25,856 bases of DNA from a virus (Duplodnaviria; Caudoviricetes). The DNA is taken from the IMG/VR virus record IMGVR_UViG_3300043415_000103, positions 1-25,856 of that record; one strand, written 5' to 3'. Below, in pieces: positions 16,387 to 25,145 of this stretch. A program made the translations under genes and the position numbers. Below the pieces are notes generated by a model. The model was not told the DNA's origin, made no database searches, and saw only the letters and a list, made by a program, of their open reading frames with translations. Position 1 is the first letter of the stretch, and each line of letters begins with the position of its first letter.

Positions 16387-16872
16387 ATGGGTGGTCGTAA
16401 GGCAATTCCAAATGAAATCAAAGCCAAACGCGGCACGTTGAAGCCTAGCCGCATGCCTGCAAAACAGGGCAATGGCGTGGCACCGCTCAACGCTTTGACC
16501 CTGCCTGAGGGGCTTGACCCGGTGGCGCAGGGCGTTTGGGTACGCATCACATCGGCCTGCGATTGGTTGGCTGAATCTGACCGCGAAGCTCTGACGATGC
16601 TCTGCCGTGACGAATCTATTTTGGCGCAGATCACCGCTAGGCTTGAGGCTGATGGTATGGTTTTGTTTACCGATAAAGGCTACGCCTACGCGCACCCCGC
16701 TTGGGGTATGCGCACGGCAACCGAAGAGAGGATCTACAAATGGCTGAGCGCTCTAGGATTGACCCCAAGCGATCGAGCCCGGCTAGGCATCGCGATGGTA
16801 CAGGCGCGCACGCTGCTAGAGGAATTCAGAGAGAAATTCGCGGCCCTGCCGAATGGCCGCCCAAATGGTTGA
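16387..16872 (+). CDS. terS: Terminase small subunit, P27 family
   Basis: MGGRKAIP..IKAKRGT, PEGLD...W, HPAW and LGLTPSDRARL motifs. Confidence 0.92.
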   Translation: MGGRKAIPNEIKAKRGTLKPSRMPAKQGNGVAPLNALTLPEGLDPVAQGVWVRITSACDWLAESDREALTMLCRDESILAQITARLEADGMVLFTDKGYAYAHPAWGMRTATEERIYKWLSALGLTPSDRARLGIAMVQARTLLEEFREKFAALPNGRPNG

Positions 16873-18359
16873 CGCCTACTAACCACGAAGATCTTGCCCG
16901 ATCGCTAGGCGATCAGGTGGCTGCCTTCGGTGAAGCATTGGTGCCAATTGCTAAAGATTCAATCGGCGGGCTCTCAGGTGAGCCCATGCAATTTCGCCCG
17001 TGGCAACGTGAGCTGCTACGCCATGCCCTAGCACGCAAAGCCGATGGCACCTTTTCGCACCGCTTTTTCATGATCGGTGCGGCGCGTAAGAATGGGAAAA
17101 CCGCCCTGCTCTCAACGGTGCCATTGGCGCTTGGGCTCTTCGGTGATCAGGGGGGTGAAATCTACTCAGCCGCTGCGGATAGGGATCAAGCCAAATTGGT
17201 GATGAGCCACGCAAAGCGCGCCGTAGAAATGAGCCCCATGCTTGCCGAACAAATCAAGGTGTTCAGGGATACCCTAGAATTCAAACCCACGGGCACCATT
17301 TGGCGGGCGCTCTCTTCGGAGGCGTACACCAAAGAGGGCTTGAGCGCCACGCTAGTGCTTGCCGATGAATTGGCAGCATGGCCCAACCGCGATCTTTTTG
17401 ACGTGCTAAGCCTCAGCATGGGCGCCCGGCGCAGCCCGCTGTTTCTGGCAATCACTACGGCGGGGCAGCGCACCGATGGCACGGGTATGGATTCGATTGC
17501 CTACACGCTCTACCAATTGGCACGGCGCCGCATCACGGGTGAGCACGATGACCCCACGTTAGGCATGGCGTGGTTTGAGGCTGATGAAGATGCCTATGCC
17601 GATGAAGCCAAATGGGCACAGGCGAATCCGGGGCTGCTCTCAACGCCGCCGCTGCTTAGCCTTGAGGATCTCAAGAGCGCGAAGATGCGCACCCCCGAAG
17701 CCGAATTCCGCACTAAGCGCCTCAACCAATTCACGGCCTCAGGCGTGGCGTTTCTGCCTGCGGGCACATGGGATGCATGCGCCGATACCACGTTGAAGCT
17801 TGAGCCGGGTGACCCTTTGGTGTGCGGTTTTGACGGCTCATTTTCTAACGATTCAACGGCGGTGGTAGGCGTGCGCCTAACCGATGGCGCGGTGTTTACG
17901 CTTGGGCTGTGGGAGCGCCCCATTGATGATCTCTCATGGCGCGTGCCCGTTGAGCAGGTTGAAATGCGGGTTGAAGAGATCTGCAAAACCTATGACGTGA
18001 GAGAGATCAATTGTGACCCGTACCGATGGCAGGCCGTCATGGAGCGTTGGCAACAGGCAGGGCTTCCCGTGGTTGAGCACCCGCAAAGCCCTGCGCGCAT
18101 GACGCCCGCAACCGCCGCTTTCTACGATGCCGTGGTGAACGGGCGGTTGAAGCATGACGGTGACCCGCGGCTGACCCGCCATGTAATGCAGGCAAGCCCT
18201 GTTCAAACGCGCTACGGGGTGCAGGTGCGAAAGGGGAAAGATGCAGGCAAAAAAATTGACCTTTGCGTGGCAGCGATTATGGCTTGGGGTAGGGCTGCTA
18301 CGCTAGGCGCGAAGGCGCTTGATACGCCGAAAGCATCGGTGCAATTCATTGAGCTGTAG
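16740..18359 (+). CDS. terL: Terminase large subunit (start uncertain: ATG 16740 or TTG 16869)
   Basis: PWQ, ARKNGKT (Walker A), LADEL (Walker B), ITTAG, GFDGS..NDST and KIDLCVA motifs. Confidence 0.95.
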   Translation: MAERSRIDPKRSSPARHRDGTGAHAARGIQREIRGPAEWPPKWLTPTNHEDLARSLGDQVAAFGEALVPIAKDSIGGLSGEPMQFRPWQRELLRHALARKADGTFSHRFFMIGAARKNGKTALLSTVPLALGLFGDQGGEIYSAAADRDQAKLVMSHAKRAVEMSPMLAEQIKVFRDTLEFKPTGTIWRALSSEAYTKEGLSATLVLADELAAWPNRDLFDVLSLSMGARRSPLFLAITTAGQRTDGTGMDSIAYTLYQLARRRITGEHDDPTLGMAWFEADEDAYADEAKWAQANPGLLSTPPLLSLEDLKSAKMRTPEAEFRTKRLNQFTASGVAFLPAGTWDACADTTLKLEPGDPLVCGFDGSFSNDSTAVVGVRLTDGAVFTLGLWERPIDDLSWRVPVEQVEMRVEEICKTYDVREINCDPYRWQAVMERWQQAGLPVVEHPQSPARMTPATAAFYDAVVNGRLKHDGDPRLTRHVMQASPVQTRYGVQVRKGKDAGKKIDLCVAAIMAWGRAATLGAKALDTPKASVQFIEL

Positions 18360-18370
18360 GGAGAAATTGC

Positions 18371-19543
18371 GTGGGCATTCTTGATCGAATCTTGGGGCGT
18401 GAGGTAGAGCAGCGGCAGGTAGGCGGCATGTGGCCCGTTGATTCCGACGTTGCCGGGGTAAGCCTCAATGAGAAAAACGCAACCAACATTGGCGCCCTGT
18501 ATGCATCGGTGATGCTCTACGCCAACACCGTGGCAAGCATGCCCGTGGGTGTATTCATTCGTGATGGTGGCGTGCGCCGCCCTGTGACCCGCCCGCGGTG
18601 GCTTGATAACCCCGTGCCGAATAACAAAAACTATACGCGGTTTGACCTGTTGCACCGAACGGTGAGCAGCCTGCTCATTGACGGCAACGCATTCTTGATG
18701 ATCCTGCGCGATGGCGCAGAGATCGTTGAGGTGCGCCTGCTTGATCCGCGAAAGGTTGCGGTGCTACGCGGCGAGAATGGCGCGCCGATCTATCGCATCA
18801 CCACCACCTCAGGCAAGGTTGACCTCACCGATGAAGACATTGTGCACATCACCCTTTTTGGTGTGGGCGAAGATCTCCGCGGCATCAGCCCTGTTGAGCA
18901 TCACAAGGTGACGTTGGGCCTTGCAAAGGCAACGATGGAATACGCTTCGCGTTTCTTTGAGCAGGGCGCATCGGTGAGCGGTTTGGTGACCGTTCCGGGC
19001 GAGCTCACGAATGATCAGGCAGAAACCTTGCGTGCATCATTCGGGCGCCGCCATGAGGGCCTGCGCAACATGCACAAAATTGCGGTGCTCACGGGCGGCG
19101 CAGATTTCAAGCCGCTCACCTTCAAGCCTTCAGATCTTGACATTGTTTCAAACATGGAGGCAGGCACGCAGGCGATCGCCCGCCTGTACGGTATCCCGCT
19201 GCACCTGCTCCAATTGCCGGGTGCAAATTCAAGCTACAACAGCCTTGAGATTGTCAGCCGTGAATGGTTGATGCTTGGGTTGGGCAGCCTGATTGCACGG
19301 CTTGAGGCAGGGCTTCAGCGGCTCATCGTTGGGGAAACCACATTCATTCGATTCAATGTTGATTCAATGATGCGCCCGCTCACCAAAGAGCGCTTTGATG
19401 CCTACGCCGTGGCGCTCAATAACGGTTTCTTGAATCTCAATGAGGTGCGCAGCCTTGAGGATCGCCCACCTGTTGGCCCTGATGGTGACGCCTTCAGGCA
19501 GCCGCTCAACATTGGCACCGTAGGTGAGGAGCCGCAGGCTTGA
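18371..19543 (+). CDS. Portal protein, HK97 family
   Basis: LLIDGNAF, LRGISP, IARLYGIP and LNEVRSLEDRPP motifs; follows TerL. Confidence 0.95.
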   Translation: MGILDRILGREVEQRQVGGMWPVDSDVAGVSLNEKNATNIGALYASVMLYANTVASMPVGVFIRDGGVRRPVTRPRWLDNPVPNNKNYTRFDLLHRTVSSLLIDGNAFLMILRDGAEIVEVRLLDPRKVAVLRGENGAPIYRITTTSGKVDLTDEDIVHITLFGVGEDLRGISPVEHHKVTLGLAKATMEYASRFFEQGASVSGLVTVPGELTNDQAETLRASFGRRHEGLRNMHKIAVLTGGADFKPLTFKPSDLDIVSNMEAGTQAIARLYGIPLHLLQLPGANSSYNSLEIVSREWLMLGLGSLIARLEAGLQRLIVGETTFIRFNVDSMMRPLTKERFDAYAVALNNGFLNLNEVRSLEDRPPVGPDGDAFRQPLNIGTVGEEPQA

Positions 19544-21045
19544 GCTACATCATCGTTGACCTTGACGGCACGCTGATTCTTGAGAATGAGCAGCCGAATC
19601 AGCCGCTCATTGATCACCTCAACGCGCAGGTGATGGAGGGTGACGCCCAATTGATTGTGGTGAGCGCCCGCAAGATTGACCGCCTCACCGAAACCCGCGC
19701 ATGGCTTCAGGAATACGGCGTGGCAGGCGTTGATGAAATCCATTTGAACGATTTTGAAGGCAGCGCCTTTGCCACCGGGCTTGCATTCAAAGAATACAAA
19801 TACGGCCTGCTTGCCACCGAATACGGCAGCGAAATCGAATACGCAATTGACAATGACCCCGACGTGCGCGCAATGGCACGCGGCTTGGGCATTGAGGCGT
19901 ACAGCCCTGAAGAGGCGCTGCGCCAAGAGGAGCGCGCCATTGTGCAGGTGCCTGCCTACATTTCAGCCGCTGCAACCGCAGGGCTTGAGGCGTATGAGGG
20001 CGGGCTTGCAGGCGAAGGCTTGCAGGATCAAACCGTGCGCGAAGCGCGGCAGCTTGCAGCGGGCAGCGTTGATGATGAAAAGGTGGTGCGCATGGCCGCA
20101 TGGATTCGCCGCCATCGTGGTGATTGGGAAGGCGTGCCGCAGAATAGCGATCCTGAGCACCCTGATTTTCCCGCGCCCGGTGCCGTTGCCGCGCTGCTTT
20201 GGGGCGTCAATCCTGTAGACACAAACGGCGCCGATCGTGTGTTGGCGTGGGCAGATAGAATCACCGCGGAGGCTTTACAAAAGGAGAGCAATGCAATGGC
20301 ACGTGAACATGAAATGCGCGCCCTGCCGTTGGGTGAATTCAGCGTTTCCGAAACCGAAGATGGGCAGAAAACCTTCAGCGGGTATGCCGCCGTTTTCAAT
20401 GCGGAATCACAGGGGCTGCCATTCATTGAGCGCATTGCAAAGGGTGCCTTCAGCCGTGCAATCAAGCAGGCTGAGCAGGGGCGCCGCGTCATCAAATTTC
20501 TTCACGGTCACGATGAAAGCCGCATGCTTGCCACCACGGCAAGCGGGCGCCTGAGCCTTACCGAAGATGAGGTTGGGCTGAAGGTTGAGGCGCGGCTTGA
20601 TCCCGCCGATCCCGATGCGGCCGCCGTCATCTCAAAGCTTCAGCATGAGGCAAAGGCAATGGGCATGAGCTTTGGCTTCACCGTGCCAAAGAATGGGCAG
20701 ACATGGCATGAAGATGGCAGCCGCACCCTCACCGAAATTGGGCTGCTTGAGGTATCAACGCTCTCAGGGCATCAGCCTGCATACCCGGCAACGCTTGGGC
20801 TTACCGCGGTGCGCAAGATCGCACCTGCCCGAATCGGCGTTGATGGTGATGCATTGGTTGAAACGCTTGAGGCCGTCAAGGCGGGCACCGCTCTTGACGC
20901 TGACCAAACCGCCCTGCTCGATGCCGTGCGCGCCCGATTGGGTGCAGCCGCTGAGCCTGAGGCAATCGAATCTGAGCCTGCACCAATGGGCGAGCACCAC
21001 ACGGTTGTGGCAGCCCGCCTGAAATTGGAGCAGCTCAAGGGATAG
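19540..21045 (+). CDS. Tripartite fusion: HAD-family (PNK 3'-phosphatase-like) domain + uncharacterised helical domain + HK97-family prohead protease
   Basis: DLDGTL / VSAR / K / IDND HAD motifs in aa 1-130. Middle domain contains KVVRMAAWIRRH...PGAVAALLWG. Protease motifs FSGYAAVFN, LHGHD, GMSFGF, LLEVS and PAYPAT from aa ~253. In-frame internal ATG 20296 follows AAGGAG. Confidence 0.88.
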   Translation: MSYIIVDLDGTLILENEQPNQPLIDHLNAQVMEGDAQLIVVSARKIDRLTETRAWLQEYGVAGVDEIHLNDFEGSAFATGLAFKEYKYGLLATEYGSEIEYAIDNDPDVRAMARGLGIEAYSPEEALRQEERAIVQVPAYISAAATAGLEAYEGGLAGEGLQDQTVREARQLAAGSVDDEKVVRMAAWIRRHRGDWEGVPQNSDPEHPDFPAPGAVAALLWGVNPVDTNGADRVLAWADRITAEALQKESNAMAREHEMRALPLGEFSVSETEDGQKTFSGYAAVFNAESQGLPFIERIAKGAFSRAIKQAEQGRRVIKFLHGHDESRMLATTASGRLSLTEDEVGLKVEARLDPADPDAAAVISKLQHEAKAMGMSFGFTVPKNGQTWHEDGSRTLTEIGLLEVSTLSGHQPAYPATLGLTAVRKIAPARIGVDGDALVETLEAVKAGTALDADQTALLDAVRARLGAAAEPEAIESEPAPMGEHHTVVAARLKLEQLKG

Positions 21046-21078
21046 AATCCCTAACAGCCCACGCACCACGCTGCGCAT

Positions 21079-21093
21079 GCTTGATCATCAAGC
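21079..21093. promoter_or_regulatory. 15-bp palindrome GCTTGAT-C-ATCAAGC upstream of the capsid gene; putative -10 TAGAAT at 21043-21048
   Basis: Perfect 7-1-7 inverted repeat in the 108-bp spacer. Function is inferred. Confidence 0.45.
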
Positions 21094-21153
21094 GCATCGG
21101 ATAGGCGGCCCGGCACATTGTTTGTAAAACCAGAAATTGAAAGAGGTTAGAAA

Positions 21154-22290
21154 ATGTCTGACGCTATCAAGAATCTGGCTGAGAAGCGCGCCGCGCTGCT
21201 AACCGATGCTTCGGGCATCGTGGCAGAGCATGCCGAAAAGGGCGAAGCCCTTACGGCTGAGGCTCAGGCACGCTTTGACGCCCTTACGGCTGAGGCAGCC
21301 GTTCTAAATTCCGCGATCTCTTCGGAGAAGATCGCCGCAGAGGCCCGCGCCGCCGCTGATGCTGCCCGTTCGGAAAAGGCTGTTGCCTTCGCCCCGGCTG
21401 CCGATGCAACGCGCAACCTTTCGGCTGAGCTTCGCCGCATCGCCCGTGAGGGTGGTGAGGTTGAGCTTCGCGACATTACCAAGAGCACGTTCACTCAGGC
21501 CGTTGAGCAGGGAGATCGTTTCTGGGTCACCGCGGGTCAGGTAAACCCGTTCGTGGCGCCTGAGGTTGTCACCGTGATTCAGCTTGAGAAGGGCAACGTT
21601 TTGGCTCTGCCCCGCACCACGGCTCTGGGAACAGCGGCCGCTGTGAATGAGGGATCAAACATTGGTGAGAGCGATGGCACCAACAGCAGCCTTTCGCTCA
21701 CGCCTGTGAAGTACGCTTCGCTGCTTCAGGTTGGTATCGAAACGGTACAGGATCAGATGTGGGACGTAGCTTCGTGGGCCACCGAGAAGCTCGCCGCTGA
21801 ATTGGCTGTCGCGCACGGGGCCGTTGCGGCACCTGCCGTTGCAGCCGCTGCCACGGTTGGCGTTCAGGGTGCAGCCGTTGCGCCTACGTACGCAAACCTG
21901 CTTTCGCTGATCTATTCGGTGAAGCAGCAATACCGCCGCGCTGCCAAGCGTGGTTTCCTCATGAATGACACCACGCTTGGTGCGGTCATGGGGTTGGTTG
22001 ACGGCGCAAGCCGCCCAATTTTCGTGCCGGGCGATCAGACCCGCCCTGACACGATTCTTGGCTTCCCGGTTTATTCAGCCGCTCTGGCTGATAACGGTGA
22101 TGAAGCGCTTTCGATCGCCTTTGGTGATCTTGGTGCTATCTACACCGCGATTGCGGGCGCGCCTGCAATTGAGGCTGATCGAAGCTATGCGTTCAACGCA
22201 GGCCTCATCACCTACCGCGGAATTCTTCGCGGCGCTACGGGCCTCATTGACCCGAACGCTGTCAAGACATTCAAGGGCGCGAACGTCTAA
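21154..22290 (+). CDS. Major capsid protein, HK97 fold, with N-terminal delta (scaffold) domain
   Basis: About 105 aa Ala/Glu-rich coiled coil, then VNEG, FLMN, TILGFPV and IAFGDL motifs; RBS GAGG. Confidence 0.95.
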   Translation: MSDAIKNLAEKRAALLTDASGIVAEHAEKGEALTAEAQARFDALTAEAAVLNSAISSEKIAAEARAAADAARSEKAVAFAPAADATRNLSAELRRIAREGGEVELRDITKSTFTQAVEQGDRFWVTAGQVNPFVAPEVVTVIQLEKGNVLALPRTTALGTAAAVNEGSNIGESDGTNSSLSLTPVKYASLLQVGIETVQDQMWDVASWATEKLAAELAVAHGAVAAPAVAAAATVGVQGAAVAPTYANLLSLIYSVKQQYRRAAKRGFLMNDTTLGAVMGLVDGASRPIFVPGDQTRPDTILGFPVYSAALADNGDEALSIAFGDLGAIYTAIAGAPAIEADRSYAFNAGLITYRGILRGATGLIDPNAVKTFKGANV

Positions 22291-22309
22291 TCGTTAGACA
22301 AAGCGCACC

Positions 22310-22348
22310 GCTGAGGGGCTGAGCATTGCGCTCAGCCCCTCAGCATTT
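22310..22348 (+). terminator. Perfect 15-bp hairpin after the capsid gene (GCTGAGGGGCTGAGC-ATTGC-GCTCAGCCCCTCAGC) with short ATTT tail
   Basis: Inverted repeat read directly; classic post-capsid terminator position. Confidence 0.8.
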
Positions 22349-22361
22349 AGAGAGGGAAACA

Positions 22362-22592
22362 ATGCGCATTCAATTGATCATCAAAATTGACGGGCTGCGA
22401 AACGGCGAACGATGGCCTGCCGTGGGCGGCATCATTGACCTGCCCGCATCGGAGGCAATCAACATGATCAGCCACGGGTACGCAATCCCTGCCCCGATGC
22501 CACAGGTGCAAGAGCGTGCAACGGCTGAGCCTGTCATTGAGCGCGCTACACTAGCCCCCACACAGCCCAAGAGGCGAAAGGGGAAAGCGTAA
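22362..22592 (+). CDS. Small post-capsid hypothetical protein
   Basis: ATG 22362 follows GAGGG. GGIIDLPASEAINMISHGYA motif is typical of small genes after HK97 capsids. Confidence 0.75.
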   Translation: MRIQLIIKIDGLRNGERWPAVGGIIDLPASEAINMISHGYAIPAPMPQVQERATAEPVIERATLAPTQPKRRKGKA

Positions 22593-22853
22593 ATGGCAAT
22601 CACCACGGGGCAATTGGCGGTGACTAGTACCGCGGGAAAGATCGTCACGCCCGACGTTGACGGCTGCCGCATTATTCTTCACACCATTGGCAACGCCGAC
22701 GTATTCATTGGCAAAGCCAACGTCACCACCTCAACAGGGCTGTTGCTTGATAAAGAGGCAGGAGCCGTTGAGATGCGCATTCTGCCCGGTGATGAATTGT
22801 GGGCCGTATGCGCCACCACCGAAACCCTCACCTTCATGATTTTGGAGAATTAG
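22593..22853 (+). CDS. Small beta-rich putative virion protein
   Basis: VFIG..NVTTSTGLLL...LWAV; lies in the structural operon. Confidence 0.65.
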   Translation: MAITTGQLAVTSTAGKIVTPDVDGCRIILHTIGNADVFIGKANVTTSTGLLLDKEAGAVEMRILPGDELWAVCATTETLTFMILEN

Positions 22854-22856
22854 CCC

Positions 22857-23465
22857 ATGAGCTACATGACGCTTGCAGAATTCAAAAGCAGCATCGGCAT
22901 TGCCTCAACCGATACCTCCGATGACACCCCGTTGCAATCCTGCCTTGATGCTGCCGATCAGCTCATCAACAATTACGTTGACACAAAGGTTGGCTTTGGC
23001 GTCACCTCAAGTCAAACCCGCTACTACACCGCCACCCGGTGGGATTACGTGCTTACCGATCCGATCGTGACGGTGAGCGCGCTTGCCACCGACGTGAACG
23101 GTGATGGCACCTATTCGCAGGCTTGGAGCGCCTCCGATTACGTATTGGCGCCACGCAATGCGGCGCTTGATTCCCGCCCCTACACCGAAATTGACGTGAG
23201 CCCATTCAGCGGCGGCACCCTGAATTTCCCTACGGGGTACCTTGAGGTGAAGGTGACGGGCACATTCGGTTGGCCTTCGGTACCTGCCGCAATCAAGCAG
23301 GCAGCGGGCATTCAGGCAGGCGCTATTTGGAGCAGCCGCACGGCGCCATTCGGCATCGTGGGCAGCGCCGATCTTGGAGGCGTGCTCACCATGCGTGCAG
23401 CCCTGCACCCTGAGGCGCGCATTCTCATTGAGCCGTACCGCCTGCGTGGCGGCATCGCAATCTGA
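22857..23465 (+). CDS. Head-tail connector (HK97 gp6/SPP1 gp15-like)
   Basis: YMTLAEFK...AADQLINNY...GWPSVPAAIKQA...LIEPYR. Confidence 0.88.
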   Translation: MSYMTLAEFKSSIGIASTDTSDDTPLQSCLDAADQLINNYVDTKVGFGVTSSQTRYYTATRWDYVLTDPIVTVSALATDVNGDGTYSQAWSASDYVLAPRNAALDSRPYTEIDVSPFSGGTLNFPTGYLEVKVTGTFGWPSVPAAIKQAAGIQAGAIWSSRTAPFGIVGSADLGGVLTMRAALHPEARILIEPYRLRGGIAI

Positions 23466-23902
23466 TGAATGACCTCACCATTCATCAGGCGGTGGCGGCG
23501 CGCCTACTAGCGGCAACGCCCCCAACGGGGTACACCCTGCGCAATGCCTACGCCACACCGCCTGACAATCTGGCCGTGGTGCCCGCGGCGGTGTGCATTC
23601 CCGGTGGGGATTCGATCGCCTACGGCACAGGCGGCAGCCGCACCACGGTGCTAGGCGTGACCGTGATTTTGTACCTGCAAGAGCAGGCTGACATGGGCCG
23701 CAAATACGCTGACCTGCTCACATGGCGGGCATGGCTGCGCAGCGCCTTTGATGGGCAGGTGCAATTGAACACAGCCGGGGTGGCTCAGGCGATCGTTGCA
23801 AGCACTACCATTGGCACCGATACGTGGGCTGATACCACGTACATGACGATTGCCGCTGACCTTCAGGTGAGCGTGCTTGAAGGGGTGAACGTTAGTGCCT
23901 GA
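23465..23902 (+). CDS. Putative tail terminator protein
   Basis: Size, position before the major tail protein, and AYATPPDN..VPAAV pattern. Confidence 0.6.
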   Translation: MNDLTIHQAVAARLLAATPPTGYTLRNAYATPPDNLAVVPAAVCIPGGDSIAYGTGGSRTTVLGVTVILYLQEQADMGRKYADLLTWRAWLRSAFDGQVQLNTAGVAQAIVASTTIGTDTWADTTYMTIAADLQVSVLEGVNVSA

Positions 23903-24092
23903 CACATTGCGCACGGTATTGGTGAAGGTGAAGCAGCCCCGCCCTGAGGGCAACCCGTACCTGCCTGAATCTGATGATGCTGTTGAGATTGATGCCGCGG
24001 TTGCCACATCGTTGGCGGCTTCGGGATTGGTTGAAATCGTAGACAATAAGCCCACCGCAAAAGCGGAAAAGACATTGAAAGAGGTTGAATAA
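23895..24092 (+). CDS. Small hypothetical protein
   Basis: Coupled ORF before the major tail gene; LAASGLVE motif. Confidence 0.6.
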   Translation: MPDTLRTVLVKVKQPRPEGNPYLPESDDAVEIDAAVATSLAASGLVEIVDNKPTAKAEKTLKEVE

Positions 24093-25112
24093 ATGGCCGT
24101 CACGCTAGGCGCAAAGGCGTTCACAAAGGTAGTGGCAAAGAGCGAATCAGCCTATGGCACGCCGTCATCGTTCAACGATGCAAACGGTGAGCTGCTACAT
24201 ACCGACATTGTGGGCGTGATCGATCCCGGCGTGCAGGTAGATCTGGCCGACGATAAGAGCGCAGGCATTCGCCCACGCCGCCTTGCCGCTTCGGCAACCG
24301 TCACCGCGAAGGCACCCGTGATCACCCTTGCCGATGCGCCTGTTTCAGCGCGCAACCTCCCAATCTATTTTGATGCGCTTGCCACGATCACCCCAACGGG
24401 CACGGGGCCGTATACGTGGGCGTATACCCCAAGCGCCACCGACGTTGACACCATCAAAACGTATTCGCTCTATCTCACCGATGGCGTGCAGAAGTACATT
24501 GTTGATGGCTGCGTGCCTTCAGAGATGACGCTTTCGGCTGACCAGAGCGGCCTGCTTCAGGCGGGCGTGACATGGAGCGCCCGCAACATTGCCACCACCA
24601 CCGACACCTCAACGGCTGCCTTCGCGCAGCAATTCTTCATTCCGGGGCGCCTGTTCGGTGTGCGCACCAATTCATCGTTCATCAGCACGGTTGGCGGCGG
24701 CAACGCCTATTCAACCTACGCAACCAATTGGAGCCTCACCCTGATGCCGGGCGCAGCCCCGCTTCAGGTGCTCAACGGCTCAACCACTAACGTGAACGCG
24801 GGCGGCGTTGCCTACACGGGCGCGCTTGATGGAACGCTTGAGCTCACGATTGCATCGAATAGCAGCAAGGCTTCAGCCTTCCCGCTTGCCGACATTGGCA
24901 CCACCAAATACGTTCAGGTTTCAGGTGTTGACGGTTCAGGCTATGGCTTCACAGCCTCAATCGTTGGCGTGATGGAAAACGTGAGCGTCATCGGCAGCGA
25001 AACCGACGGCCTCATTTTGGAAACCGTCACGTTGCAGCTTGCATCTGACGGCACCAACAGCGTGAGGTGTTGGATCTCATCGCCGCTTTCGGCTCGCCCG
25101 GCTTCGGCGTAA
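24093..25112 (+). CDS. Major tail (tube) protein
   Basis: KSESAYGTP start, YTWAYTP, GCVPSEMTLS and W-SLTL pattern; upstream of the tail chaperone. Confidence 0.82.
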   Translation: MAVTLGAKAFTKVVAKSESAYGTPSSFNDANGELLHTDIVGVIDPGVQVDLADDKSAGIRPRRLAASATVTAKAPVITLADAPVSARNLPIYFDALATITPTGTGPYTWAYTPSATDVDTIKTYSLYLTDGVQKYIVDGCVPSEMTLSADQSGLLQAGVTWSARNIATTTDTSTAAFAQQFFIPGRLFGVRTNSSFISTVGGGNAYSTYATNWSLTLMPGAAPLQVLNGSTTNVNAGGVAYTGALDGTLELTIASNSSKASAFPLADIGTTKYVQVSGVDGSGYGFTASIVGVMENVSVIGSETDGLILETVTLQLASDGTNSVRCWISSPLSARPASA

Positions 25113-25145
25113 TGTAAACCCGCCACAGGCGGGAGAGGGGGAAAC

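Noticed and set aside
7834-19935. A split Pnkp-type RNA repair system (P-loop kinase + HAD phosphatase + metallophosphoesterase)
   Set aside because: The three genes are unlinked, the kinase has dNMP-kinase rather than polynucleotide-kinase motifs, and no RNA ligase or Hen1 was recognised.
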